Shown here in pieces: positions 25,809 to 35,485 of a DNA stretch of 38,924 nucleotides (position 1 is the first letter of the stretch; each line of letters opens with the position of its first letter). The notes beneath the pieces are model-generated. The model was not told where the DNA came from and made no database searches. It worked only from the letters and a program-made list of their open reading frames with translations. The translations under genes were made by a program, and so were the position numbers. Source of the DNA: a virus (lineage: Duplodnaviria > Caudoviricetes); IMG/VR virus record IMGVR_UViG_3300003972_000015, positions 1 through 38,924 of that record, one strand, 5' to 3'.

Positions 25809-25970
25809 ATGAACATCAACGGGCAGAACTACGTTGTCGTAAGCGAAAAGGAGATCATCGTGAACGGTGAGGCTCGCAAAGTGGTAAAGGTTCGCAAGCC
25901 GAACGGCCGGCGGCTTTATGAGGTGGTCGTGTACGCGAACGGCTCCACGTCTTCGGTGGTCCCCGCATGA
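25809..25970 (+). CDS. Small beta-rich hypothetical protein
   Basis: ATG follows ATAGAGGATAGAGAG; 53 aa. Confidence 0.65.
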   Translation: MNINGQNYVVVSEKEIIVNGEARKVVKVRKPNGRRLYEVVVYANGSTSSVVPA

Positions 25971-26452
25971 GCGGGGCGACGGCCCCAAGGAGCCTCAACA
26001 TGTTTTTCCGCAACGATGACCTGGGGCAGCTGACCGATGCTGAGCGGGCGGCCCTGAAAACTGCCATGCACGAATACGCGACCGCGGACGAGGTGCGCTT
26101 CGGGGCCGACACGCGAATCCTCGCGCCGATCCTGAACATGCTGATCGAACAGCGCGCCAAGTTCTACTTGGTCCACCTGCCCGGTGGCGGCGGGTGGGTC
26201 CTTCGTCGTCACCGACCTACGGGGGAGTTCCATGGACACGCGCCCAAACCCGTCAGTCAAGGAGGGGCTGACACTGACCCGAGCCCGGCACAACTTCGAG
26301 ACCCGGAAGGCGATCGCTGCACAGCCGAGAAGTATTTCGGAATTGCCGATCCTGAGGGCTCCCGAGCGGGTGATCGAGGTGGCCGCGAGGATCAAGGCCC
26401 AGATGCGGGCGGCAGAGCTGCGGGGGAGCCAGCTCGGTCAACAAGCTCTTAA
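25967..26452 (+). CDS. Hypothetical protein (C-terminal half doubtful)
   Basis: ATGA overlap. The first ~90 aa look protein-like; the rest overlaps ORF 26232-26471. Confidence 0.45.
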   Translation: MSGATAPRSLNMFFRNDDLGQLTDAERAALKTAMHEYATADEVRFGADTRILAPILNMLIEQRAKFYLVHLPGGGGWVLRRHRPTGEFHGHAPKPVSQGGADTDPSPAQLRDPEGDRCTAEKYFGIADPEGSRAGDRGGREDQGPDAGGRAAGEPARSTSS

Positions 26453-26471
26453 CGAGCGAGCCCGTCTGTGA
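26232..26471 (+). CDS. Hypothetical protein
   Basis: GGGGGAG RBS before ATG 26232; 79 aa, basic and helical. Confidence 0.45.
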   Translation: MDTRPNPSVKEGLTLTRARHNFETRKAIAAQPRSISELPILRAPERVIEVAARIKAQMRAAELRGSQLGQQALNERARL

Positions 26472-26629
26472 TACCCGTGTGGTGCCCTCGTCGGCCGAGG
26501 CTGCAACGGGGGCGCCATATGCAGCAGAGGCCGGGGGCGTGAAACACGCTGGTTCCACGGGTAATATGGGACATGAAGTCATAGGCGGCGGAGCCCGCAA
26601 GGACGGGCGCTGGCACGGTTCTTGCTACG

Positions 26630-26970
26630 CGTGCGCGTGCGCGCGTGCGGGCACCCGCGCGCTTGGCACCCAGCTGTGATGGTTGTGATACCTGTGACAC
26701 CCTCCCGGATAATAATGCGGGGCGGGGGCGGTTCTTTAGGTCCTAGACTATCACAACTATCACACACACCGACAGACCGCGTCACGCCGCGCTCGGAGGC
26801 CGTGATAGGCAGGCGGGCCAAGATTATCACAACTATCACAGCGCACCAGCGCCGGGGCTGGCACCCAAGAACCAAAACGGGGGAGGAGGTGCGACGGGGT
26901 GCCCAAGGCTGGCGGGGTGTCGCGCGCGTACGCGCGTATTTGCAGGCCGCTTCCCCTGGCCGCGGTGTGC
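26630..26970. repeat. Iteron-like GTGATA/TATCAC array, copy B
   Basis: GTGA(T/C)R at 26676/26685/26694, TATCAC at 26749/26758, GTGATA at 26802, TATCAC at 26825/26834; flanks homologous to copy A; upstream of the terminase genes. Confidence 0.7.
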
Positions 26971-27127
26971 GCTTTGATGCGCCCGCTGTGGGGTCTTGCT
27001 TTCGATTTTCGCAGGTGGTATCATACGCGCGCACGTACGGGGGTGACCGCACGGCCCCGGCCTTGCGAGACCCCGGCCGCGCCTATTACCATGTGCTGGT
27101 GCGCAGTGCGCCTACCGGAGAAGGTCA

Positions 27128-27571
27128 GTGACCCGTCGAACCCGCTCGTCCATCACCAGGCAGCCCAACGAAGTCCAGGCCATTCTGGCAGCCGATCGAG
27201 ACCCCGACGTGCTGGCGGCCTGCGGGACCCGGGCCCGGGAGTTCCGCGCCGCCCGTGACCACTGTGCTAGCCTCGGCATCGACCCTGACTCCGTCAGCGA
27301 CGCGGTGCGCCAGCTGTCGAGGAAGTTCAAGCGCGGACCGCTGGAGATCCTCTGGCAGCTGGCGGATGACGAAACGGCCAGCCGCAGCGCGCGCGCCAGC
27401 GCAGCGATGGCCATTCTGCCCTACCTGCAGGGCAAGCCCAAGGAGGTCAAGGAGCCGCTCAAGAGCCAGACGCCGGGGGTCATGGAAGTGCCCATTGCGC
27501 AGTCCATGGAAGAGTGGATGAGCATCGCGGGGCCTAGCCAGGCCACGCTGAAGGCCCGTGTCCGTGAGTAA
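27128..27571 (+). CDS. Putative terminase small subunit
   Basis: Directly upstream of and overlapping TerL; RASAAMAILPYL.GKP helical pattern. Confidence 0.6.
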   Translation: MTRRTRSSITRQPNEVQAILAADRDPDVLAACGTRAREFRAARDHCASLGIDPDSVSDAVRQLSRKFKRGPLEILWQLADDETASRSARASAAMAILPYLQGKPKEVKEPLKSQTPGVMEVPIAQSMEEWMSIAGPSQATLKARVRE

Positions 27572-29123
27572 CCCGATCCTGCCCCCCGGCGTCGTGTGGC
27601 GCCCGCTGCCCGGCAGCCAGGCCCTGGCCATGAGCTGCCCTGCGCAGGAGATCCTCTACGAAGGCACGCGCGGCCCCGGCAAGACCGACGCGCAACTGAT
27701 GCGGTTCCGCCGCCTAGTGGGCAAAGGCTACGGTCGGTTCTGGCGTGGCATCATCATAGACCGCGAGTACAAGAACCTCGAGGACTTGATCGGCAAGTCG
27801 CTGCGCCACTTCAGTGCGTTCGGTGACGGCGCCAAGTTCCTGAGCAGCACCAGTGACCTGCGATGGGTGTGGCCGACGGGCGAAGAGCTGCTGTTCCGCG
27901 TGCTCAAGCGTGACCAAGACTACTTCAACTATCACGGTCACGAGTATCCATTCATCGGCTGGAACGAGCTGACCAAGTACCATAACTCGAGGCTCTACGA
28001 CGCGATGCTCTCCACGAATCGATCGTCGTTTGTGCCAGAGATTCACAGCCCGCGCGACGAGGACGGCAACATCCGCCTCCTGCCGCCGATCCCGCTGGAG
28101 GTGTTTTCCACCACCAACCCCTACGGCCCGGGCCACGCCTGGGTAAAGCGCGAGTGGATCGACCCGGCGCCCCCCGGCGTGCCCATGTTCCGCACCACTA
28201 GCGTCTTCAACCCGCGTACGCAGCGGCGAGAAGACATCGTTCGATGCCGCGTACGCATCTTCGGCAGCTACAAGGAGAACCCCTACCTCGACGCGCAGTA
28301 CATCGCGACGCTGGAGAACATCACCGATGAATCCAAGCGCCGCGCCTGGCTGTGGGGCGACTGGGACATCGTGGCAGGCGGCGCGTTGGACGACGTCTGG
28401 AATCCAGAAGTGCACGTGGTGCCCCGTTTCAAAGTGCCGCCGAACTGGAAGATCCGCCGATCGTTCGACTGGGGTTCTACGCACCCGTTCAGCGTGGGCT
28501 GGTGGGCGGAGAGCAACGGCGAAGAGGTGCGTATGCCTGATGGTACCACGCGTCGCTTCGCGCCGAAGTCGCTCATCCGCATCTACGAGTGGTACGGGAG
28601 CAAGGGCGCTACCAAGTCCGTCGGCGGCCTCCTCCCGAGGAGCGGCGAGTTGGGCTTCAATCAAGGCGTGAAGTTCAGCACGAAGGACATCGCCACTGGT
28701 ATCAAGGTCATCGAGCGCCACCTGCAGAAGGAAGGCTGGATCGGGCGCAGGGTCGAGCCCGGTCCTGCTGACAATCAGATCCGCGATGTGCGCGAGAGCG
28801 ATGTGCCCAGCATCGAGAAGAAGTTCAACGAGGAAGGCGTGACTTGGAAGGAGAGCGACAAGTCCGTTGGCTCGCGCTCCATCGGCCTGCAGCTGCTGCG
28901 CGACCGCCTGGAGGCGTCGATTGAGGGCGAAGGCCGCGGCATCTACTTCATGGACAACTGCCGCATCTCGATTGCCGGCCTGCCGACGTTGCCCCGCGAC
29001 GAAGACAACATGGACGACGTGGACACGTCCGCCGAAGACCATTTCTACGATGAAATTCGCTACATGGTGCTCGACGTCGACTCCGACTTCGCCGCCGATA
29101 TTCGCTCCCTGAGGCCCTACTGA
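27558..29123 (+). CDS. terL: Terminase large subunit
   Basis: Walker A EGTRGPGKT, IGWNELT, TTNPYGPGH, nuclease motif SFDWG and EDHFYDEIRY. Confidence 0.92.
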   Translation: MSVSNPILPPGVVWRPLPGSQALAMSCPAQEILYEGTRGPGKTDAQLMRFRRLVGKGYGRFWRGIIIDREYKNLEDLIGKSLRHFSAFGDGAKFLSSTSDLRWVWPTGEELLFRVLKRDQDYFNYHGHEYPFIGWNELTKYHNSRLYDAMLSTNRSSFVPEIHSPRDEDGNIRLLPPIPLEVFSTTNPYGPGHAWVKREWIDPAPPGVPMFRTTSVFNPRTQRREDIVRCRVRIFGSYKENPYLDAQYIATLENITDESKRRAWLWGDWDIVAGGALDDVWNPEVHVVPRFKVPPNWKIRRSFDWGSTHPFSVGWWAESNGEEVRMPDGTTRRFAPKSLIRIYEWYGSKGATKSVGGLLPRSGELGFNQGVKFSTKDIATGIKVIERHLQKEGWIGRRVEPGPADNQIRDVRESDVPSIEKKFNEEGVTWKESDKSVGSRSIGLQLLRDRLEASIEGEGRGIYFMDNCRISIAGLPTLPRDEDNMDDVDTSAEDHFYDEIRYMVLDVDSDFAADIRSLRPY

Positions 29124-29138
29124 CGAGGAACCTGCGCC

Positions 29139-30659
29139 GTGGCTGAGAACATCGACTATGTCCTGCCCGAGGTCGCCGAAGCCCTCGAAACCTGGCAGCG
29201 CATCCGCGACGTCATCAACGGTGAGACGGCGGTCAAGAAGCGCGGCAAGTACCTGCCGTACATCATGCCGTCGGACAAGAGCCAGGTCAACATCGACCGC
29301 AACATCGCCTACGCCCAGCGAGCGGTCTTTTACGGCGTCACCAAGCGCACGCTGAAAGGGATGATTGGCCAGGTGATGGCCAAGCCCCCGGTGCTTACGG
29401 TGCCGGAGCTGCTTGAGCCGCTGCGGGATGACATCGACGGCGGCGCGGTCTCGATTGAGCAGCAGAGTCGCCAGGCCCTCAGCGACGCGTTAAGCGTTGG
29501 CCGCCTCGGCCTGCTGACCGACTACCCGCGGATCGAAGGCCGCCTCACGCGCCCCACCCGTGCTGACCTGCTCGAAGGCCGAATCAAGCCGTCGGTGCAG
29601 TACTACTTCGCCGAGCAGATCATCAACTGGCGTGTCGAGATGGTCAAGGGCCAGCGCAAGCTGACGCTCGTCGTGCTGCTCGAGAAGTACATCAAGAAGG
29701 ACGACGGCTTCAAGAAGGAGGAGGCAGACCAGTGGCGAGTCCTGCGACTGGTGCGTGACAGCGATGACGACGCGGGCCGGTACGTCGTGCAGGTCTACCG
29801 CAAGGACGAGGCCGGCGCGTTTATCGTTGTGCCTGAGCTGAGCAGCATGCCGGTCGACGCGTGGGGGAGGCCGTTCACCGAGATCCCGTTCGTCATTGTT
29901 GGTAGTGACAACAATGACCCGGGCATCGACGACCCGCCGCTCGAGGACATGGTCAACCTGAACCTCGCGCACTACCGCAACAGTGCGGACCACGAAGAGT
30001 CGGTGTTCATCGCCGGCCAGCCCACGCCCGTCTTTGCCGGCATGACCAAGGAGTGGGTCGAAGAGGTGTGGGGCAACAAGGAGATCTACCCGAACGGCGT
30101 GGCCATGGGTTCGCGCAGCCCCATTCCACTGCCCGCGGGCGGCAGCGCCTTGCTGCTGCAACCGAACCCCAACACGCTGGTCTTCGAGGCGATGAAGCAC
30201 AAGGAAGAGCAGATGAAGGCTCTCGGTGCGAAGCTCGTCGAGCCGAGGACTAGCACGCGCACCTTAGGCGAGGCGCAGATGGACTACGCGAGCGAGTCCT
30301 CAGTGCTGATGAATTGCGCAAGGAACGTCTCGGCCGGTTATACTCGCTGCCTGCGCTGGGCTGCCATGTTCGCTGGCGCCCCAGTGACCGACGACATCGC
30401 ATACGAGCTGAACACCGACTTCGAGATCAGCCACATGACCGCTGACCAGCGTCGCCAGCTGCTCGCCGAGTGGCAAGCCGGCGCCATCTCCACCACCGAG
30501 TACCGCGCCATCCTGCGCCGTGCGGGCGTCGCCACGCAGGAGGACGAAGAGTACCGGGAGGAGGTCGATCAGCAGACCGCCAAGGATCTGGAGACTCAGG
30601 CGGCGATGTTCGGCGCAGGGAGCGGCAACGGTTTCGGTGGCGACGGTGACGAGGAGTAA
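29139..30659 (+). CDS. Portal protein (DUF4055-type)
   Basis: Follows TerL; RAVFYG, IINW, NLAHYRNSAD.EE and ALGAKL motifs. Confidence 0.85.
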   Translation: MAENIDYVLPEVAEALETWQRIRDVINGETAVKKRGKYLPYIMPSDKSQVNIDRNIAYAQRAVFYGVTKRTLKGMIGQVMAKPPVLTVPELLEPLRDDIDGGAVSIEQQSRQALSDALSVGRLGLLTDYPRIEGRLTRPTRADLLEGRIKPSVQYYFAEQIINWRVEMVKGQRKLTLVVLLEKYIKKDDGFKKEEADQWRVLRLVRDSDDDAGRYVVQVYRKDEAGAFIVVPELSSMPVDAWGRPFTEIPFVIVGSDNNDPGIDDPPLEDMVNLNLAHYRNSADHEESVFIAGQPTPVFAGMTKEWVEEVWGNKEIYPNGVAMGSRSPIPLPAGGSALLLQPNPNTLVFEAMKHKEEQMKALGAKLVEPRTSTRTLGEAQMDYASESSVLMNCARNVSAGYTRCLRWAAMFAGAPVTDDIAYELNTDFEISHMTADQRRQLLAEWQAGAISTTEYRAILRRAGVATQEDEEYREEVDQQTAKDLETQAAMFGAGSGNGFGGDGDEE

Positions 30660-30662
30660 GCC

Positions 30663-31724
30663 TTGGCGCGCTCCGACCTGACCAACTCGGCAGTCCGCCA
30701 CCAGGTCATGCTGGAGCGGCTCAAGGCGGCTGAGGCTGGCGAGTTTAACAAACTGATCCCCATCCTCGAGCGCCAAGTGCGCGAGACGCTGGCCAAGCTG
30801 GATGAGCCCGTCCGGGGCCTTACGCGTGCCCGTCTGAATGGCTTGCTTCGCGAGCTGCGCGCAGCGCAAGAAGCGGCGTTGGCCCGGGCCCAGGACAAGC
30901 TGCTGCGCCGCCTGCGCAACATTGCGGCGTACGAGTCGAACTTCGAGGCCAAATCGCTCACCGCCCAGACGCCGCGCGGCGTTACGATCACTGCAGCCAC
31001 CACTAAAGCGGCGTGGGCGAATGCGACAGCGGTGCCACTCAGCGCCACCGGCGACTTGCTCGAGCCGTTCATCCGCGAGATGACCAAGCGTGAAGTGAGC
31101 ATGATCAACAAGGTCATCATGCGCGGCTACAGCGAAGGTTGGACCAATGACGAAATCGTGCGCGTGATTCGCGGCACCAAGAAGCTGAACTACAATGACG
31201 GTCTGATGAAGGCGCTCGGCCGTCACACCGCCACGCTGGTGCGGACGGCGGTGCAGCACGTGGCCAATCAGGCCCGCGAGGCAACGTGGGAAGAGAACGA
31301 CATCACCCAGTACCGTTGGGTGTCGACGCTCGATAGCCGCACGTCGTCGCAGTGTCGTAGCCTCGATGGCCAAGTGTTCACCATCGGCAAGGGCCCGCGC
31401 CCGCCCATTCACATGAATTGCCGCAGCACAACTGTGGCCATCATCCCGGGCCTGGAGAACCTCAGCGACACCCTGACCCGTGCGTCACAGGACGGCCAGG
31501 TGAAAGGCTCGCTCACATACTACGAGTGGCTCAAGACCCAGTCCGCGCAGTTCCAGGACGCGGTGCTGGGGCCTGTCCGGGGTAAGCTCTTCCGGGACGG
31601 CGGCCTGTCTGCCAAGCGTTTCGCCGAGTTGCAGCTGAACTCGGTATTCGAGCCTCTGAGCCTGGACGAGATGCGGAAACTGGAGCCTCTGGCATTCAAG
31701 CGTGCGGGAATTGACGACGAATAG
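30663..31724 (+). CDS. Minor head protein (SPP1 gp7 / Mu F-like)
   Basis: TLVRTA, WVSTLDSRTSSQCRSLDG and PPIHMNCRS motifs. Confidence 0.88.
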   Translation: MARSDLTNSAVRHQVMLERLKAAEAGEFNKLIPILERQVRETLAKLDEPVRGLTRARLNGLLRELRAAQEAALARAQDKLLRRLRNIAAYESNFEAKSLTAQTPRGVTITAATTKAAWANATAVPLSATGDLLEPFIREMTKREVSMINKVIMRGYSEGWTNDEIVRVIRGTKKLNYNDGLMKALGRHTATLVRTAVQHVANQAREATWEENDITQYRWVSTLDSRTSSQCRSLDGQVFTIGKGPRPPIHMNCRSTTVAIIPGLENLSDTLTRASQDGQVKGSLTYYEWLKTQSAQFQDAVLGPVRGKLFRDGGLSAKRFAELQLNSVFEPLSLDEMRKLEPLAFKRAGIDDE

Positions 31725-31799
31725 CGCGGCCATACTTGCAGAGGTTTGGCCGACGGTATAGGATTTTGCCCGATGAACGTACAGTCACAGAACCCGAAC

Positions 31800-31951
31800 G
31801 AGGACGATGTGGTTCACACGCGCCCCGGCCTCAATGACGAGGACAACCCTGTGATCACAGACCCCGGTCCTGCCCGTTGCAACGGTGGCGGTCTTGAGCC
31901 GGACATCGTATCCCGCCGCGCGTCGCGGTAACCACAAAGAGAGAGTCTCTC
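31800..31951 (+). ncRNA. Candidate structured RNA in the scaffold-capsid leader
   Basis: Nested stems 31804-31810/31903-31909, 31825-31838/31891-31902 and 31840-31844/31867-31871, with internal palindromic hairpins; possible promoter TTGCAG-17-TAGGAT at 31736. Confidence 0.45.
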
Positions 31952-32686
31952 ATGAGCACGAAGTTGAAGATGCAACTGGACAGCCTGGACGGTCTCGATG
32001 AGTCGCTGCACGGGTTCTACGAGGAGCGGGATGGTAAGTTCCACCTCAACCTCGACGGCTACGAAGACCCGGCCGCGCTGAAGCGGGCGAAGGACTATGA
32101 GAAGGAGGCCCGCAAGAAGGCGGAAAAGGAGCTGAGGGAACTGCGCCAGGAGTTCGAAGACTTCCGTGCCGAAGTCGAGAAGAACAACGACGACAAGTCC
32201 CGCAAGAAGGGCGACATTGAGGCGCTGGAGCAGTCCTACAAGGACAAAATCGCGAAGCTCGAACAGAAGTACCAGCAGGCCCTCGCCGAGCGCGACGCGC
32301 AAATCAGCAAGTTGCTGGTGGACAACGTCGCCGAGACGATGGCCGCCGAGCTGAGCGACACGCCGGAGCTGCTGGTCGACATCATTCGCAGGCGGCTCAA
32401 GGCGGAAAACGGTGAGACCCGCGTGCTGGACGCCAACGGCGAGCTCAGCGCGACGACGATCGACGAACTCCGCGAGGAGTTCCGCGCCAACAAGAAATAC
32501 GCCGCTATCATTCGCGGCAGCCAGGCCAACGGCGGAGGTTCCGGCGGTGGTGGCAAGGGTGGCGGTGCCACCAAGTCCTTCAAGGAGCTTTCCGAGAAGG
32601 AGCGCGTGGAGCTGGCCAAGACCAACCCGGCCGAGTTCCAGCGTCTGCTGGACGCCTACAAGGCGGAAAGCAAAACTAACTACTGA
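31952..32686 (+). CDS. Capsid scaffolding protein
   Basis: Charged coiled coil with a Gly-rich linker near the C-terminus; directly before the major capsid gene. Confidence 0.8.
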   Translation: MSTKLKMQLDSLDGLDESLHGFYEERDGKFHLNLDGYEDPAALKRAKDYEKEARKKAEKELRELRQEFEDFRAEVEKNNDDKSRKKGDIEALEQSYKDKIAKLEQKYQQALAERDAQISKLLVDNVAETMAAELSDTPELLVDIIRRRLKAENGETRVLDANGELSATTIDELREEFRANKKYAAIIRGSQANGGGSGGGGKGGGATKSFKELSEKERVELAKTNPAEFQRLLDAYKAESKTNY

Positions 32687-32719
32687 CCCGCAACCTTACC
32701 TCCCAAGGAGTAACGCACC

Positions 32720-33736
32720 ATGGCCAACACCGAACTCAGCGACATCTTCGTGCCGGAGGTGTTCCAGTCCTATCAGGTCAACGACACCGTCGAGAAGACC
32801 CAGTTCGTCGAATCCGGCGTCGTGACCCTGTCGCCCACCCTGGACCAGCGCGCCAACAGCGGCGGCATGCTGACCACCATCCCGTTCTGGAACGACCTCG
32901 ATGCGTCCATCGAGCCGAACTACTCGAACACCACCTACACCGACATCGCCACGCCGCAGAAGATCAACAGCGGCGAGCAGACCGCCCGCATCGCCTACCT
33001 GAACGAGGGCTTCAGCTCGTCCGACCTGAACAAGGAGCTGGCCGGCTCGGATCCGATGCAGCGCATCGCGAACCGTGTCGATGCGTACTGGCAGCGCCAG
33101 TTCCAGCGCCGCGTGCTGTCGATCGCCATTGGCATCTACAACAACAACGTGGCCGTCGACGGTGGCGACATGGTGGTCGACGTCTCGTCCACCACGCCGG
33201 GCACTATCACCGACGCCAACCGATTCACCGCGCCGGGCCTGATCGATGCCAACTACACCATGGGCGACGCCGCTCCGGGCGTGAGCGTGCTGGCGGTGCA
33301 CAGCATCATCTACAAGAAGATGCTGAAGGACCAGCTGATCGAGTTCATCCCGGACGCGCAGGGCAGGCTGACCATCCCGACCTACCTGCAGATGCGCGTG
33401 GTCGTCGACGACGGCATGCCCAGCTTCGGGACCGGCGTGGACCGCAAGTACCTCTGCATCCTGTTCGGCCAGGGGGCCATCGGCTACGGTCGCGGCACCC
33501 CGCGCGTGCCGGCCGAGGTGCAGCGCTACCCCGAGCGGGCGAACGGCGGCGGCGTCGAGGTGCTGTGGAGCCGCAAGACCTGGCTGATCCACCCGTTGGG
33601 CTTCAACTTCCTGTCGGCGGTCATCACCGGGCCGGGCCTGTCGCCGACCTGGGGCGACCTGCAGGATGCCACCAACTGGGAGCGTGTGCTCGACCGCAAG
33701 AAGATCCCGCTGGCGTTCTACGTTGTCAACGCTTGA
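32720..33736 (+). CDS. Major capsid protein
   Basis: LSDIFVPEVF, IPFWNDL, LAGSDPM and RVVVDDGMP motifs; strongly biased codons; AAGGAG RBS. Confidence 0.88.
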   Translation: MANTELSDIFVPEVFQSYQVNDTVEKTQFVESGVVTLSPTLDQRANSGGMLTTIPFWNDLDASIEPNYSNTTYTDIATPQKINSGEQTARIAYLNEGFSSSDLNKELAGSDPMQRIANRVDAYWQRQFQRRVLSIAIGIYNNNVAVDGGDMVVDVSSTTPGTITDANRFTAPGLIDANYTMGDAAPGVSVLAVHSIIYKKMLKDQLIEFIPDAQGRLTIPTYLQMRVVVDDGMPSFGTGVDRKYLCILFGQGAIGYGRGTPRVPAEVQRYPERANGGGVEVLWSRKTWLIHPLGFNFLSAVITGPGLSPTWGDLQDATNWERVLDRKKIPLAFYVVNA

Positions 33737-33742
33737 TGAGAA

Positions 33743-33760
33743 GGGCGGCTTCGGCCGCCC
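33743..33760 (+). terminator. UUCG-loop hairpin after the capsid gene
   Basis: GGGCGGC-TTCG-GCCGCCC with no U-tract, so it may be an mRNA stability element rather than a terminator. Confidence 0.4.
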
Positions 33761-33815
33761 GGCTCTAAGTGCCCGCGTCGACGGAGCACCCAGTTCACCA
33801 TCGAGGAGAAGCATC

Positions 33816-34124
33816 ATGGTCAAGACCAACACCACCAAGGCCACCGACAAGGCGCCCAAGACGAAGGCGACGGAGGGCGCCAAGCAGGCCAGCACCGTGC
33901 TCGAGGCGCCGAAGCCCGATCCGGCCCGCGCCCCGCGCGAAGACGACATCGGTCGTCGCGAGCGTCGCGGGCCGAAGAAGGACATCAACGCCGAGGACGA
34001 GGGCCAGGACAAGGTCTACAGCGTCGCGTCCCGTGCCCGCTGGGGCGGCACCGAGACCATCCACGAGCTGTCGCAGGACGCGCAGGCCGCCGAGGCGTCG
34101 GCCGCCGAGAACCGCGAGGAGTAA
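33816..34124 (+). CDS. Charged low-complexity hypothetical protein
   Basis: GAGGAG RBS; 102 aa; lies between capsid and adaptor genes. Confidence 0.65.
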   Translation: MVKTNTTKATDKAPKTKATEGAKQASTVLEAPKPDPARAPREDDIGRRERRGPKKDINAEDEGQDKVYSVASRARWGGTETIHELSQDAQAAEASAAENREE

Positions 34125-34129
34125 GCGCC

Positions 34130-34654
34130 ATGGCACTCGTCATCGAAGATGGCACCGTGGTGACGGGTGCCAACTCCTACATCGACGTCCCCGAGGCCAA
34201 GGCCTTTGCCGCGGCCAGGGGCGTCGACCTCGGCAACGACGACGTGGTGACTGAGCAGCGTCTGCTCATCGCCATGGACTACCTGGAGTCGCTCAACTAC
34301 AAGGGCGTGCGCACCGACCCTGACAAGCAGTTGCTCTCGTGGCCGCGCACCGGCGTTACCTTCGACGGTCGTACCTTCGGAGACCACGTCATCCCCAGTC
34401 AACTGAAGTCGGCTCAGGCGCAGCTCGTGATCGAGCAGTTCAACGGAGTTTCTATCTTCGCCAGCTCAAGTGCTTCAAACGGCGCCGGCGAACTGGCCGT
34501 GAAGAAGGAGGTCGTCGACGTCATCGAGACCGAGTTCTTCTCGCCGAAGGATATGGGCCAGGAGATCTTGGCTGTTGCGCAGATGCCGGCTGTGTCCGCG
34601 CTGCTGCGTGGTCTGCTCAAGGGCTTCGGCCCGCTCTTCGCCTACCGGGGCTGA
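34130..34654 (+). CDS. Head-tail adaptor (DnaT-like family)
   Basis: LVIEDGT..GANSY, AMDYLE, QLLSWPR and IPSQLKSAQ motifs. Confidence 0.8.
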   Translation: MALVIEDGTVVTGANSYIDVPEAKAFAAARGVDLGNDDVVTEQRLLIAMDYLESLNYKGVRTDPDKQLLSWPRTGVTFDGRTFGDHVIPSQLKSAQAQLVIEQFNGVSIFASSSASNGAGELAVKKEVVDVIETEFFSPKDMGQEILAVAQMPAVSALLRGLLKGFGPLFAYRG

Positions 34655-34657
34655 GTC

Positions 34658-35044
34658 ATGGGTACTTACGACCGCCAAGTCGCCACAGCTGAGCGCCTGA
34701 TCCGGGAGAAGGGGAAGCCCGTTCAGGTGGTGCGCCAGTCGACGACGCTGCCCGACCCCAACCGCCCGTGGGAACCTGGCGAGCCGGTGGAGACCTTTAC
34801 CGACGCGTATGGAGTGTTCCTGAACTTCAACGCGCAGGACATGGAGACGATGAGCAAGATGGCCGGTGCGTCTGAGATTCAGTCGTCCGACCGAAAGGTG
34901 CTGTTGGCGGCTGCCGCAGCCGGCGCTCCGCTGACCACCAACGACAAGCTGCGCGACGCAGATGGCGATTGGTCGATCGAGTGGGTCCAAGTGCTCGCGC
35001 CCAACGGCGAAAACATTCTCTACACCGTGAGAGCCCGTCGATGA
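34658..35044 (+). CDS. Head closure / neck protein
   Basis: Position; A.RLI.EKG...DRKVLL pattern. Confidence 0.65.
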   Translation: MGTYDRQVATAERLIREKGKPVQVVRQSTTLPDPNRPWEPGEPVETFTDAYGVFLNFNAQDMETMSKMAGASEIQSSDRKVLLAAAAAGAPLTTNDKLRDADGDWSIEWVQVLAPNGENILYTVRARR

Positions 35045-35481
35045 CCGCCAACGCCATCATCGTCCGCGACGAGGCCTTCGCCATGATCAGGGCAGCGGTG
35101 CTTGCCTACGACCCCACGGTGAAGATGTACTGGGAGGGCGTGCCGACGTCGCCGACGAATCCGCCTCCGACCGCGAATGACACCTGGTTGCGTGCATCGC
35201 TGCTACATGCTACTGGCAGTCAAGCCTCTCTTGCCGGCGTGGACGGTGTCCGCCGCTGGAATCGCACCGGGTTTATCTCGGTGCAGTGCTTCGCCCCGCT
35301 CGCCAAAGGCAGTGCTCAGGCGGCAACGAAACTGGCGTGCGTGGTACGCGACGCTCTGCAAGGCAAACAGACGCCGAGCTGTGTCTGGTTCCGCAACCCC
35401 AAGATCAATGAGGTTGGCGAGGATCGCGACTGGTTCAACGTCAACGCTACCATCGACTTTGACTACGACGAACTGAGGTGA
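35041..35481 (+). CDS. Tail terminator protein
   Basis: Position before the major tail gene; WLR..L.H...G.I.VQCFAP pattern. Confidence 0.7.
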   Translation: MTANAIIVRDEAFAMIRAAVLAYDPTVKMYWEGVPTSPTNPPPTANDTWLRASLLHATGSQASLAGVDGVRRWNRTGFISVQCFAPLAKGSAQAATKLACVVRDALQGKQTPSCVWFRNPKINEVGEDRDWFNVNATIDFDYDELR

Positions 35482-35485
35482 CATC

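Noticed and set aside
26449-27131. ORFs across iteron array B on both strands
   Set aside because: The translations simply mirror the repeats and have no protein-like features.
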